A stretch of DNA of 64,000 nt from an uncultured Methanosarcinaceae archaeon (GCA_963848985.1 CAWKGG010000043.1:12871-76870); one strand, 5' to 3'; positions 45,377 through 57,860 are shown, counted from the first letter of the stretch. Translations and numbers: made by a program. Notes: generated by a model not told the origin, from the letters alone.

Positions 45377-46034
45377 GTGTTCAGACTTACTGTAATCCAC
45401 GACAATGTAGTGAATCAGGATTTTACAGGTAGCTGGGGATTTGCGGTCCTTGTTGAAGAAGATCGCGAACTCCTTCTTTTCGGCACTGGATGAGATGGAA
45501 CTCTTCTTATCAAACATATGAAGAGACTTGAGACTTATCCGGAAAATATAAAAAGATTTGTTCTTTCTCACCAGTATTGGGATCATATAGGTGGCCTGCC
45601 TGAGGTTCTTAGTCAAATCCCAGACTTAAGGTCTATGGTACCTGCGTGCTTTTCTAAGAACATGAAAACATAAATGAAAATAGAGCTACTCTTATTGGAG
45701 TAAAAGAATCGGTTCAAATTTCTAAGGGTGTTAGGAGTACAGAGGAACTTGGAGATAAAATCAAAGAACAGACCCTGATTCTGATACTGGAAACGGATGT
45801 TACGTGCGTACAGGCTCGTTCATCGGGTATTCCATAATCATGGATAAAGCTCTAGTTTATGGGAATATTAAGGGAATTTTTGGAGGGTTGCACGATAGTA
45901 GGGAGTTTGAGATACTTATAGGGCTGAAAATCATTGCAGTAGGACACTGTACTGCTCACAAAGAAAAACGAAAAGAGATATTTCCGTCGGGATTCATTGA
46001 AATCAAAGTTGGTTTATGCCTAGATTTGAAATGA
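45377..46034 (+). pseudogene. MBL-fold metallo-hydrolase, multiple stops
   Basis: LTVIHDN..WGFAVLV..LLFGTG*DG..VLSHQYWDHIGGL..GGLH..GHCT. Confidence 0.8.
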
Positions 46035-46378
46035 ATCGACATTTAATCAAAAGTTCTATTTTTGCCCTTGATATGTTTTTGCACTAATATTTGGGTAGTC
46101 CTATATTATTTGGTTGATGTTATTTCCGAAACTCCCCTTAATGCCGTCTCCCACTTTTTTTGTTACGCACTTCTGTGCGGCTAGAACAAAATATCAAATT
46201 TTAACGTTAAAGTATGCTTTTAAGCAAGGCAAAGCATGAACAAAAAGAAAAAGGAATGGAAAGCCTATTCTTCAATATAACTGTGCTCGCTCTGCGCCGG
46301 AATCGGTGGGAAGTCAGAAAGGAGAGCAAATTTGCCAGAATGAAGAAACTATGTTAAATCCTTCAACTTTTATCCTGC

Positions 46379-47221
46379 TTATTTTTCCTCTAGGGTTTTT
46401 TCTACAGCATTCACAACATACTCAAAGTTTTTCTGCCATCCCGTGTTGTGTTCCAGCAGTTCTTGGACAACTGTGCCCTTATCTTCCATTTCTGCGACTT
46501 TTGGCTCTATAGGAAGTCTGGCAAGGATTGGGATGTTGAAATCTTTTGAAGCTTTTTCGACACCACCAGTTCCGAATACTTCTATTGGTTTAACGCAGTG
46601 AGGGCAGATCAGACCATGCATGTTATCGACAAGTCCTATAACAGGCACATTAAGCTTCTCAGAAAATCTGATTGATTTGCGGACGCTAATAAGAGCTACG
46701 TCCTGAGGAGTTGTAACAAGTATTGAACCATCACAATTGGGGATCAGCTGAGCTACGCTTAGGGGCTCATCTCCTGTACCTGGAGGCAGATCTATAATCA
46801 GGAAATCAAGTTCTCCCCAGATAACATCTTCCAGGAACTGTTTGATTGCACCCATTTTTGCCGGCCCCCTCCAGATGATCGGGGAATCTTTATCTTCGAG
46901 CAGAAAACCGACAGACATCACCGAAAGATTGGGAAGTACCTGAATTGGCAGTATGCCCTCTTCGTTAACAGCTAGTCTCTCAGATTCCAATCCGAAAATT
47001 GTTGGGATAGTTGGGCCGTGGATATCACAGTCCAGAAGTCCCACATTATATCCACGCAGAGACAGTCCAATAGATAGATTTGCAGCAACTGTGCTTTTCC
47101 CTACTCCTCCTTTCCCGCTCATTATCATAATTTTACGTTTGATGCGCCTGAGGTTTACTACAATTTTTGGCTCATCGGGCTTTTTTGATAAGCTTTTCAG
47201 TAATTGAACTTGATCAGTCAT
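46379..47221 (-). CDS. Mrp/NBP35 (ApbC) Fe-S carrier ATPase
   Basis: SGKGGVGKST, DCDIHGP, IWRGP, DLPPGTGD, VTTPQ, CPHC. Confidence 0.95.
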   Translation of the reverse strand: MTDQVQLLKSLSKKPDEPKIVVNLRRIKRKIMIMSGKGGVGKSTVAANLSIGLSLRGYNVGLLDCDIHGPTIPTIFGLESERLAVNEEGILPIQVLPNLSVMSVGFLLEDKDSPIIWRGPAKMGAIKQFLEDVIWGELDFLIIDLPPGTGDEPLSVAQLIPNCDGSILVTTPQDVALISVRKSIRFSEKLNVPVIGLVDNMHGLICPHCVKPIEVFGTGGVEKASKDFNIPILARLPIEPKVAEMEDKGTVVQELLEHNTGWQKNFEYVVNAVEKTLEEK

Positions 47222-47359
47222 TTTTTATCGCCTGTTTAAAATTTCTACTTTTTTCACATATATATCTCTTTAAAGCGCAGTGTCTTCACTAATGTTAGCA
47301 CTTTAAGACTTGATTATAGTTGCTGCCCTATATTTTATTGTTTTCTCTATGATAGAAAG

Positions 47360-47480
47360 ATCGACTTCAATTCTGGCTGCTTTCAGATCTTCCCATAAAG
47401 ATTTCCTTAAGATCTCTATCCCTGCAGCTGTATCCTTACTGTCTCAGTCCTTCGAAGTCCACAATCCTCAGGGTTTCAAT
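47360..47480 (-). pseudogene. DUF134-family relic
   Basis: LRIVDFEGLRQ*...RKSLWEDLKAAR, paralogous to 55762-56310. Confidence 0.55.
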
Positions 47481-47599
47481 ATCGTCTACTTTGAGGGATA
47501 TTTTGTAAAATCTTCGGGGAATGATTAGCTATAGAAGTTCGAAGCTAGCTGAAAAAAACTCTAATTCCCCGAAGACTACACAGAATCCGATTAAATAAA

Positions 47600-47878
47600 T
47601 CACTTTGAAAATTCTTCATTTTTCTTATGTATTTCATGCCAAAGCACAAATTTAGGCCAGAGAGATAGTGAAATTATCATTGTAATTATAAAAACAAAAA
47701 TTGAACCTGCAACCATATCCACTTGAGTATAAGCCGCTCCTCCTCTGATTACAATGGTTGAAATAGCCCCAAAAAGAAAAAAAATTACAAGCACTATTGA
47801 CGTAACAATGCTTGCTAAAAGCACTGACCTAGGCCTATTACTCTTATATATTGATTTTACCATAGAATCCACCGTCAA
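47600..47878 (-). CDS. Small two-TM membrane protein
   Basis: Two hydrophobic helices; IITMIISLSLWP. Confidence 0.65.
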   Translation of the reverse strand: MTVDSMVKSIYKSNRPRSVLLASIVTSIVLVIFFLFGAISTIVIRGGAAYTQVDMVAGSIFVFIITMIISLSLWPKFVLWHEIHKKNEEFSK

Positions 47879-48050
47879 TCTCTTTAATTTTAAAATTCTT
47901 CAAATGTAAATTTTAAATCTCTTCTCAGAGAAATAGACTCCTAAATCAACAAATTTTGCCAGCAGTTATTATCATACTTATTTTCTACTCTTCCTTCAAA
48001 TATATATCAAACAAGTTTAGATGAATAAATTTTATAACTATTTTAATAAT

Positions 48051-50936
48051 TTATTTAATTCTGCTCCGTTTCATTAGCAGGGAGTTGGTCGTTACTGAAA
48101 CTGAACTAAGTGCCATGAAAGCGGCAGCAAGATCAGGTGTAATCAAAATCTTGTGAAAGAAGGGATACAGAATTCCTGCTGCAATAGGGATGCCTATCGT
48201 ATTGTACCCAAAAGCCCAAAGTAAGTTCTGCTTGATCTTGTTTATTGTAAGCCGGCTCAATTTAAGGGCAGCAACCACGTCTCTCGGGTCATTTCTTATG
48301 AGAACGATTTTTGCGGATTCCATTGCAACATCAGTGCCCGCACCCATAGCAATCCCCACATCAGATTGAACCAGGGCTGGGGCGTCATTAATGCCGTCAC
48401 CTACCATTCCTACAAGCTTGCCCTCATCCTGAAGCTTCTTTATTTCGTGTGCTTTATCCTCGGGCAGCACCTCTGTAAGCAATCTGGAAATCCCAACCTC
48501 TGCTGCAATTGCACCGGCTGTAGCTGCATTATCACCGGTTATCATAACTACCTCGATGCCCATTTTTTTCAGGGTTTCAACTGCCTCTTTAGAGTTTTCC
48601 TTCAGAGTGTCAGCAACTGCAACAAGGCCTATAATTTCTTTCCCGGAAGCCACAAAAACTGCGGTTTTTCCGTCTTTCTTCGAAACTCCGCATTTTAGCT
48701 TCAAGTTCATCAAATGAGATCCCATTTTCTTCCATAAGTTTACGAGTACCTAGCAAGATTCTTTTTTCTTCAAAATAGGCTTCGATTCCTTTCCCTGGGA
48801 CGGAACGGAACTTTTCTACCTTTCCAAGCCTAATTCCTCTTTCCTCAGCCTCTTTTACGACAGCTTCCCCTAACGGATGTTCCGACCCTCTTTCAGCTGT
48901 CGCTGCAATAAAAAGGACTTCTTTTTCCTCATGGCCCTGGGCTGTAAAAACATCTGTAAGGCTTGGAGTGCCTTCAGTAAGGGTTCCTGTTTTGTCAAAA
49001 ACTATAGTGTCAAGCTTATGCGCCCTTTCAAGTGCTTCACCGCCTTTTATAAGGATTCCATTCTCTGCACCTTTACCGGTGCCAACCATTATAGCTGCTG
49101 GGGTTGCAAGCCCAACGGCACATGGGCAGGATATTACCAGAATTGTAATGGCGATAAGCAGGGAAAAGAGAAATGGGCTAATTCCTCCATAAGATTCCGA
49201 TACCCCTACCCCGTAGCTCCAGTATCCTATGAAAAACCAAAAGAAAAAAGCAAAAGGGCAATAATATGCACACTTACTATGAAATTGCCCGCAAAAACGT
49301 CCGCAACTCTCTGAATGGGGGCTTTGGTTGTCTGAGCAGTTTCCACAAGCCTAATTATCTGAGCAAGAGTAGTGTCAGCCCCAACTTTTGTTGCTCTGAA
49401 CCTGAAAGATCCTGTCTTGTTTAGAGTAGCTCCGATAACCCCATCTCCCGGATTTTTCTCCACTGGGATACTTTCTCCTGTGAGCATGGATTCGTCTACT
49501 GAAGAACTTCCCTCTGCCACAATTCCATCAACTGGGATCTTTTCTCCAGGCCTGACAACAACAATGTCGCTTACTACAACTTCTTCAACAGGAATTTCCT
49601 TTTCCACGCCGTTAACGAGAATCCTGGAAGTCTTTGCTCTGAGTCCCATCAGTTTCAAAATGGCTTCAGACGTCCTACCTCTTGCCTTAGCTTCGAGATA
49701 CCTCCCAAAGATAATAAAAATGATTAGAAAAACTACAGTGTCATAGTAAAGACTATTATACCCTGGGCCCAAATTGAGAAAAGTTGCTGCCACACTGATG
49801 AGGTAAGCTGATCCGGTTCCTGCAGCAATCAGTAGGTTCATATCAGTTACGCCATATTTGAAGCCCTTGAAAGTCCCGACAAAAAACTGCCTTCCAGGGA
49901 AAAGAAGGACAAGAGTAGACAGTATAAAAAGGACGATATGATTGGAAAGGAAGTCAGGTACAAAAGATAGGTAGGAAAACATCATACTCATGTTTCCAAG
50001 TCCAATTGGAATTCCCAGCACAAGGGCTATGATCAGGTTATTCCTCTGCCTACGGATTTCAGCATCCTGTGACATTTGTTTTCTATCTGCATAATCTACT
50101 GTTTCAGTTCTGACCGCTGCTCCATATCCGATTCCCTGAACTGAAGCAATTATCTCTCTGACAGAAATTCGGACCGAATCGAATTCTATAACTGCCTTTT
50201 CAAGCGGAAAATTTACTGAAGCAGAAATGACACCTTCTGTTTTGTTAAGAACCTTCTCAATGTTTGCAGCACAGGATGCACAAGTCATACCCTGAAGATC
50301 GAGAGTTACCCTGTCCTTCTCTACCTTGTACCCAATGGATTCGATAGCTTCCTCAATTTCCCCGGGGGAGATAAGGGAAGGATCAAAAATGACTTTTGCC
50401 CGTCCTAATTCCAGATTGACGGCTACTGAGTCCACTCCTTTCTTTTTCTTCAACAACTTCTCAATATTCAGAGCACAGGCCGAGCATGTCATGCCTGAAA
50501 CTCCAAGGGTAATTTCTGTTTGGTCCGTTTTTTGGCTTGAGTTGCTGAGAGTTTCCTTTTCTGCAAGCTTGCATTCCTGTGTCGTTTGGGGGCAGGCTTG
50601 AAATTTTCCTTCCACTTCTTCTAAAGCTATATCAACAGTTTCTGAGGCTACGCTTGTTATGTCTGCAGCAGTTAAGGTTCCTGCTTCAATATTTGTCTGT
50701 ACCTCTCTTGATCCTTCTTCAGTTTCTTCTTCAACATCTGTTGAGTAGCCAGCCTTTCGGATAGCCTCTTTTATATCATGCATACTAACTTTTTGAGGGT
50801 TAAAAGTAACATTAGCACGTTCAGCTTCCAGATTTACCCCAACTGCCCCCACTCCTTCAAGCAAAGATACAGCATCCTCTACTTTTTTCTGGCAGTGACC
50901 ACAGGTCATGCCGTAGACTCCTATATTAACTTCCAT
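48051..50936 (-). CDS. copA: Cu(I)-translocating P1B-type ATPase with three HMA domains; two 1-nt frameshifts (near 49255 and 48675)
   Basis: GMTCxxC x3, [36 protein letters not shown]. Confidence 0.92.
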
Positions 50937-50976
50937 CGGAATATGCCGCCCATATTTTTTGAGACCTTCCAGGAGC

Positions 50977-51171
50977 TTATAGAGCCTTTACTGGTGTCAT
51001 TATGATTTTCTGACCTTCTTTAAGCAGGGTCATCCGTATGACGTGCGCATCAGCTGTCTGGCTGTCATAGAATACATTCACGGTCCTATCAGAAATATTT
51101 ATGTTTACTCTGGCCACCTCTTTTGATAGAGTTAACGGGCTTTGTGACCTCCTTGTATACCTGTAGACCAT
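50977..51171 (-). CDS. Degenerate HMA-like small protein lacking CxxC
   Basis: [20 protein letters not shown] resembles HMA beta strands; lies between copZ and copA. Confidence 0.4.
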   Translation of the reverse strand: MVYRYTRRSQSPLTLSKEVARVNINISDRTVNVFYDSQTADAHVIRMTLLKEGQKIIMTPVKAL

Positions 51172-51312
51172 ATGTCTACTATGAATATTGTATCTCCGAT
51201 GGGTTCACACACTCCGCATTAGCTTTTTTTCAAACAGGCTTCACTCATTGTAATAAAAATCCGTACCTTTTGGTATATAATTCATTGGAAATGATGTGCG
51301 CGATCCGTATCA

Positions 51313-51540
51313 TTACCCGGGCTCATACCCGACTTCCTTAATCGCAGCCTTGATTTTTTCGAAGTTTGCCTTCCTTTCGTCGTATTCAACAACTACATTC
51401 TTATTCCGAAGATTTACCTCCACTTTCCTTATACCTTCTATAGCTTCAATTGCCTTTTTAACCCTCATCTCACAGTGTCCGCAGGACATGCCCTCAACTT
51501 TTATTGTTCCTTGAGTTATGCTTTCGCCCTCCAATTTCAT
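51313..51540 (-). CDS. copZ: Copper chaperone
   Basis: VEGMSCGHCEMRV...GYE. Confidence 0.9.
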   Translation of the reverse strand: MKLEGESITQGTIKVEGMSCGHCEMRVKKAIEAIEGIRKVEVNLRNKNVVVEYDERKANFEKIKAAIKEVGYEPG

Positions 51541-51828
51541 ACTTGTCCAGATTACTTTATCAAATAAATTTATTGACTACTGTATAGAATAATGATTCAA
51601 ATAGAATATTTGATTAACTATAGGTTTACAACTATAATTTTGGGGAATGTATATAATAATTTTATATAGTTTCTGCGAATTACTTTTTTGACAGGCTTAA
51701 TACAAACAGAGCACAAACATAATCAAACAGAATAATACTATATATTAAAAACATTATATATTATAAATACGATATAGTTTAGTGATCTATAATGTATAAA
51801 TAATGTGATTTATAATGAGGTTTTTCCG

Positions 51829-52045
51829 ATGAATCTCAAAAAATTGTTTCTGGAAGAAAATGTAGGTGGCTTTGATCTCCTGCTTCGAACTATGTTTGGA
51901 GTGCTTGCAATAATTGCTCTGGGAACAGGTTTTGTGAAAACGTCTCCCTGAAATGGGCTGTTATCATGATAGTTTTTACAGGGCTCTACAGTTCGATCCT
52001 GAGACACTGCACTCCCTATTCTATCTTTAAGATTAATACTGCATA
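51829..52045 (+). pseudogene. DUF2892 (YgaP-like) membrane protein, disrupted
   Basis: EENVGGFDLLLR...SP*...RHCTPYS. Confidence 0.6.
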
Positions 52046-52245
52046 AAATAATTAGAGATTAATTTTAAGGACTTTAAGTATTTATCTTTATCAGGGTATT
52101 ATGGAAGATGCCCGTTCTTCTTCAATTAACTTTCATTTTCAACGAAATTGCCTGAATGAGATTGAAATATATTTCATTAATTTTTAAAATGAGACTATTT
52201 GCTTCTTTTGTTTCCCAGATAATATTGAAAAATTATAATATTTTT

Positions 52246-52363
52246 AGGACTTATGTATTTGAGATATAAATTTAAGTACAATATGACACGGTGGTTTAAT
52301 ATTTTAGTTTATGTAGTTGGAGGTTTAATACTATTGATTTTTTTCCTCAAGTACGTAAGTCCT
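52246..52363. mobile_element. MITE-like element, family A (best-preserved copy)
   Basis: 18-bp terminal inverted repeats AGGACTTATGTATTTGAG / CTCAAGTACGTAAGTCCT, 16/18 matching. Confidence 0.75.
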
Positions 52364-52964
52364 GAGAATCTCAAGGAAAACAATAAGCTTCCCAAATGAA
52401 GTTAAGTGGCTGTACAATAAAATGAGGCTTTACAGCACTAATTTTAACTTTTGTAGAGATCAAAGGGGATCAACAAAGAAAACAGAAAATAGAGTTTGGA
52501 CAAGAAGATACCTGCAAAAAATGTAGACTGCTCGCAATAACTAGATATTAAGAGAGTTGTTAAACGGTAGGTTCCTCAAAACATCAATTGATTATTGAGG
52601 TAGCGCCGTGGATTCTAAAAACACTGTATTGTTTTTTTACTGATGTTATTCTTTTCATTTATCATATACCACTTTTTAGCATCGTTTGCAAGTTCTTTCC
52701 ATTCCATATACTAATGAGTTCTTGTAGTTTTTCAAGCCGTTGATCCTGATTTGATCTATACTTGGAAATTGGCCTTTCTGAATTTCCTTTTTGTAAAGAT
52801 GTTTCAGTAGCTCTCTGTCCGCTAGAAAAATGCTTCCTGTTTTATGCCAAGTATATAGGATCAAAACCATAACGCTTACATTAAGGATTAATTGGATTTT
52901 GAATATATAAAAATTGTTTTTATCCATATTATTTTTTGGTAGAAGGAAGAAATCGCATGGAATT

Positions 52965-53432
52965 TTAGATATCCAGAACTTCAACAGCTAGATCAGCGTT
53001 GATGATATAATCAAAGTTGATTATTTTATCCCATTTCTGCTGCATGAACATAGACTGGAAACATAATCCAATAATCCTTTTTTTTTCGGAATTTTCAAGG
53101 ACCTTTCTGGCAATTTCGTTTGCTTTTTCAGGATTTATCCCCGTTTTAGGCATCGCAAGCCCACCTAGAAGGACGAGCACGTCAGCATGTGCATCTGTTG
53201 GTTCCCCAAGCTGCATACCCTCAGGAGTCATATGGATTGATCTAGCTTTCTCAATGTCTAGGCCGGGGATGAAGGCAAGCTTTCTGTCCCGGACTACGAA
53301 ACTTAGAAGTTCAGCAAAGGGAGTACAGAAACCTGGAGTTCCTACAAAAGTGATCTTTTCTGCTCTTTCTACAAGGTCCCTGAAATTGTTCAGGATACCC
53401 CCTACTCCTTGTGAGGTGTTTATTATTGACAT
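52965..53432 (-). CDS. DUF2124-family methanogen protein
   Basis: GTPGFCTPFAELL, LLGGLAMPK, GLCFQSMF...FDYIIN. Confidence 0.8.
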   Translation of the reverse strand: MSIINTSQGVGGILNNFRDLVERAEKITFVGTPGFCTPFAELLSFVVRDRKLAFIPGLDIEKARSIHMTPEGMQLGEPTDAHADVLVLLGGLAMPKTGINPEKANEIARKVLENSEKKRIIGLCFQSMFMQQKWDKIINFDYIINADLAVEVLDI

Positions 53433-54032
53433 AAAATATTCTCCTTATTGAACTTTTATTAAACTCCTATTTTTGAGTATTCTCTGTAGTATTATATATT
53501 TCTACTATGATATTGAGTCTATTACCCCAGATTAATTGAGTTGATTAGCTCATCCCAAAACAAAGGCAAGAAATGTACTGTTCATATATATTGGCACAAG
53601 ATTAGGAAACTGACATGTAAGTTATTCCAAAATAATTACGTATTGCCTAGATTAATTAGTAACAAGCACTAAATGTTTTTTGCATTCAGTTTATTGCTTC
53701 GAGTAACCATTCTATTTGGTACCTGAAGCTGCTTTTTTAAATAGTTCTTGTTTTTTATAGGTTAAAGATTTTTATGCACGACTCCAAATACTGAGTGTAG
53801 CAATTTTCCGACTTTAATGTGAGGCCTTTAGTATAAAAATAACACTCTTTAGGCCTTTCTTTAGACATTTTGTGTCTTATCTGATTACAAATGAAGCAGT
53901 CTTATACATATTTTCAGGACGAATTTTTAAACTTTCTGGTATACTTCTTCATCGTAGACAGGCTCAAGGTAGTCATCTTCTATATAGGTTCTTGAGATCG
54001 TTTTTATTTTTTGGGGAGTTCTCTCCAGATCT

Positions 54033-54617
54033 TCACTCATCTTTTGCCTCAAAGCAAGGGATGCATACTATTTTTCCATTTCTCACTCTTCCCAGAGATT
54101 CCATAAAACCTTCCCCACATTTGCTACAAATCAGAGTAGAGTAAATTATGGCTTTTTCCGGAGGCTTTATTTCCATTTCCCTGACCCAGAAAAGTTTTTC
54201 CTCTTGCATTTCTAGGACCCTCTGGCTTTTTGCTTCGTGTAAGGCTCGAAAATCCTTTGTCTCCTCTGAGCTTGCAGTTTCACTCCTCATTTTTGCGAAG
54301 AGTGCAACATGCTTTTCATCCTGTGAAAGTACCCCGGGTTTCAAGGAAATTCTGATGGCCTTTTTATCGCCTCTCTTGAAATATGTGTAAACATGCTTCC
54401 CATGATCTTTAAAAATAAGATTTCCCTTCCCACAAGTACAGCCGTTTATTACTTGAATAGCATCAATAGCACATGATCTGTTTTCAACAATTGCAACTAA
54501 TTCTTCGTCTTTGCTCCGGTCTCTAAAATGATTGGCAGCTAGTAATGCTACCCTATAACCAATTGAAAGCCCTGGACATACATGCCCATGAAATTGTACA
54601 ACAGTATTGAAATTCAA
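54033..54617 (-). CDS. FmdE-family protein with C-terminal zinc finger
   Basis: FHGHVCPGL.IGYR, CAIDAIQ..GCT.GKGNL, CSKCGE..CIPC. Confidence 0.9.
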   Translation of the reverse strand: MNFNTVVQFHGHVCPGLSIGYRVALLAANHFRDRSKDEELVAIVENRSCAIDAIQVINGCTCGKGNLIFKDHGKHVYTYFKRGDKKAIRISLKPGVLSQDEKHVALFAKMRSETASSEETKDFRALHEAKSQRVLEMQEEKLFWVREMEIKPPEKAIIYSTLICSKCGEGFMESLGRVRNGKIVCIPCFEAKDE

Positions 54618-54769
54618 ATTTTTAACTCCTACTTATGTTGATTTTCCTGTTGATATGGTTAATTTTTATAAAATCGTTTCTTATTATCTAAATACTGTTT
54701 GCCCAGGTAGAGTTATTCGCGATGATAATATTATAGTTAGTCAGTAAATCTCCTACTGAACAGTACATA

Positions 54770-55737
54770 GGAATATCCATCGAGGAAACTATCAAAAGAT
54801 TAAGTACTTACTCAAAACTTGGCTGATAGATTGAAAGGTTTCAAGAGATAATTCACAGGTCAGGCGATGACAAGGCACTTAAGAGGAGACAACTTACTCA
54901 GCTCGATTTTATAAGCGGTTCTTGGGCCAGATTCCCTGAATGCTTGAAATTACCATAGCTTTCTCTTAAGTGTTAGAACAATATGTCGATTTTATTGTCA
55001 TAACTTTCCTGGTATTCATTAATGCAATACTATTTTTTTTTCAGGAGCAGCAATTATCAATGTGAAATCTCTCAAGTGGAAGCTCAAAGTTAAGGTTACC
55101 GTTGCTCCAGGATGGGCACTTGTTGGCCACAGCGTCAAGAGACATTGTGCCCTTTCAATAGTACTCTTTTTGCTTGCCATTGCCTTTTCAGTTTCTTACA
55201 TCAGGATTGCATTACTTATACCTAAGAATAACTAATATGTATTTTTGGGGAAGTAATACTCTTTTTTTGATTGATTTCATCACCATGGCTATAGCTACCT
55301 ACAGCATCAGACTTCCAAGACCCAGTGCCTTGGGACATATAGCATCGCTGGCAAGAGTTGCAGTATTTCTGGGCATGTTAATGGTAGCCGAATCTTGTTT
55401 GGCTACATAATATATCTGGATGAGTCACTCGGGACTCACTGGCAACATAGGGTTGCATACATTTGTCTTTGACATGCTGATCTTAGGAGGTATGTTCACG
55501 ATACATGTGGTGAGAGAGAATGTTTATTTTTTAGGAGTCTATTCCCAGCAAAAAACTCATGACAGCTATATGTGCCGATATGGTCGTAACTTTTGTCATC
55601 TCAATCTTTGGGATTCTAGGCCCGATACCGATAGTTGCCAATTTCATACTGATGGTGATGATCTGTATTTTGCATTTACCTTGATTATTAATGACATTGT
55701 GAAGGTCACAATATTGAAATATTTTAAAATAAATTAG
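54770..55737 (+). pseudogene. P3A-type H+-ATPase relic with large internal deletion
   Basis: N-terminal RFLGQIP*MLEI..FFQE and C-terminal LIDFITMAIAT, TFVFDMLIL..TIHVVRE; no DKTGT core seen. Confidence 0.6.
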
Positions 55738-55761
55738 AAATTTATTTATAATACATCTCCT

Positions 55762-56310
55762 ATGTATAACTTGATGGTCAATAGAGTTAAGCGTAGAGTA
55801 TCCTGCTTCCCAAAAGCCACCTATTATAAACCCAGGGAAGTTCCGTTCTGTGAACTCGAAACTATCAACTTATCCATCGAAAATCTTGAAGCTCTCCGTC
55901 TTTGCGATCTCCTCAATATCGAGCAGAATGAAGCCGCTGAAATGATGGGTGTATCCAGAAAAACCTTCTGGAACGACTTGCAAAAAGCCAGAGAGAAGGT
56001 AGTTGATGCTCTTGTCAATGGCAAAGCAATTGAGATTTCTGGTGGAGTTTACATAAATAGTGGCGAGTGTAAGATCGACTTCCTCTGCAAAGGATGTGAA
56101 CATGAGTGGGAATCACAATGCTGTGAGGGACGCCCCACCCTCTGTCCCAAGTGCGGTTCCGGCATTATTTACCGAATCGGCGGCGATGGAAAAGGAAAAA
56201 GATTTATTAAGAACAATTACTGCTGTCCCAAAAACAAAGGGAAAGCGGTGATAAATGCTAAAGCAGGAAGTTTAAGAAATGACAAAAATTGCAATACCAT
56301 CAATGAATAA
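55762..56310 (+). CDS. DUF134 (HTH) protein with C-terminal zinc ribbon
   Basis: EALRLCD...QNEAAEMMGVSRKTFW; CKGC..W..CPKCGS. Confidence 0.88.
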   Translation: MYNLMVNRVKRRVSCFPKATYYKPREVPFCELETINLSIENLEALRLCDLLNIEQNEAAEMMGVSRKTFWNDLQKAREKVVDALVNGKAIEISGGVYINSGECKIDFLCKGCEHEWESQCCEGRPTLCPKCGSGIIYRIGGDGKGKRFIKNNYCCPKNKGKAVINAKAGSLRNDKNCNTINE

Positions 56311-56653
56311 TGGTGGACTAGAGTCTGATGTATGTGCCCACTTTGGTTCATGCGAATATTTTACCGTTGTAGATGTACAGGACCAAGCTATTACAGACAT
56401 TGAGACAATAAGCAATATATCTCCTAATGGCGAGCACAACTGTGCTGCACCTTCGATAATCTTGAAATCGCATAATATCGAGACAGTACTCGTCTCGGGC
56501 ATCGGTGGAAGGCCACTAATATCCCTGGTTGAAAATAAAATAAAGGTATTTGCTGGAGCTATGGGTAAGGTTTCAGATGCTCTTCAGGACTATAACAATG
56601 GAATGCTGCAGGAATTATCTACAAATGGCACTTGTAACTGCTCTCATCACTAG
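56279..56653 (+). CDS. NifB/NifX-family protein
   Basis: KIAIPS, HFGSCEYF, GIGGRP. Confidence 0.88.
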   Translation: MTKIAIPSMNNGGLESDVCAHFGSCEYFTVVDVQDQAITDIETISNISPNGEHNCAAPSIILKSHNIETVLVSGIGGRPLISLVENKIKVFAGAMGKVSDALQDYNNGMLQELSTNGTCNCSHH

Positions 56654-56768
56654 AGTGAGATTAAGTGAAATTTGTAGGAATCATTTGATTCTGCACGATC
56701 AAGGGTCTAGCGCTTATAACATCTAAAAAAAAGCTAAGGCAAGCAAAATTTGGATGTTTAATAGTATT

Positions 56769-56885
56769 AGGACTTGTGCAGTTGAACTGAAAAATCAGTA
56801 TCATTAAATTTTTAACTGTTCGCCATACTAATTCAAACAACATTGATTAATGCGATCTATTTTGTTGCTCAAGTATGTAAATCCT
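56769..56885. mobile_element. MITE-like element, family A
   Basis: AGGACTTGTGCAGTTGA...TCAAGTATGTAAATCCT, about 117 bp. Confidence 0.6.
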
Positions 56886-57020
56886 AAGTATATTGCATCA
56901 ATAATTTAGTATCCAAATCTGTGTTCTATCACTATTGTATATTGAAATGATTCTTTTGTGTCTAGGTGCGGGTGTGGTATCCAAACCCAAATCAGATTTT
57001 TAAAAAGCGGAGTTGAAAAT

Positions 57021-57710
57021 ATGGATATAAAAGAGATAAACAGCTATGGTCAGGAACTAATGGAGTGCCTTAAACTCACAACGTCTCCAGTTGCAGTAAA
57101 GCTGATCCATAACGTAGAGGAAGTTCCCGAGGGAATTGAAAGGGTAGATGAGCCTATGAGGCACTGCCAGCTGGTTGATCGAGTACGAAGAACAGGTGAG
57201 GAGTTCTATACCCTTGGCGAAGATCAAATGTGCAAAGGTGGAGCTGGTGCAATGGGCATTGGGGAGATGCCTGCAAAAGTAGCCAGTGGGGAATTTTACT
57301 ATAAAGGACTCAAACAGTTCAGCACTCAGGGTGCTGCAATGCGGACAATTGATATGGTTCCTAAGCTTCCTCCAAATTCAACAGAAGCTGTCTTATACTC
57401 TCCTCTGGAAAAAACCTCATTTACTCCGGATGTTATTGTGGTCATCTGCAACCCTAGACAAATCATGTTACTTACACAAGCTTTTATGTACAAGATCGGA
57501 GGCAGGCTTGAAGCCAGTTTCGCTGGAAAGCAGAGCTTATGTTCTGATGGTGTTGTGAAGGTGTATAAGGAAGGTAAAATCGGAGTTACAGTCGGTTGCA
57601 GTGGCAGCAGATCTTATACCAAAATCGCCGATGAAGAGATGATTATAGGAATTCCGGTTGAACTTTTAGCTGATGTTGTTTTTGGCCTCAAGGAAATATG
57701 TCCGAAATGA
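57021..57710 (+). CDS. DUF169-family protein
   Basis: SPVAVK, RHCQ, CKGGA, PDVI, QSLCSD, GCSGSR, EMIIGIP. Confidence 0.85.
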   Translation: MDIKEINSYGQELMECLKLTTSPVAVKLIHNVEEVPEGIERVDEPMRHCQLVDRVRRTGEEFYTLGEDQMCKGGAGAMGIGEMPAKVASGEFYYKGLKQFSTQGAAMRTIDMVPKLPPNSTEAVLYSPLEKTSFTPDVIVVICNPRQIMLLTQAFMYKIGGRLEASFAGKQSLCSDGVVKVYKEGKIGVTVGCSGSRSYTKIADEEMIIGIPVELLADVVFGLKEICPK

Positions 57711-57860
57711 ACTATAAAACTTGAATTTTTCCTTTAAATTGAGGATCTTTCATGTTCAAGTTATTTCACAGTGTTTTTTATTTATCTTACAAAAATACTC
57801 ACACAGGCAACAAACAGCCATCAGAATGTTATTGCAGTTCATAATCACGGAGGAAAAGTC

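Noticed and set aside
51560-51660. Copper-responsive operator upstream of copZ
   Set aside because: Only weak AT-rich pseudo-symmetry, not distinguishable from background by eye
52676-52984. ORF downstream of the DUF2124-family gene ending in CKRC
   Set aside because: Looks like a fragment and no family could be assigned
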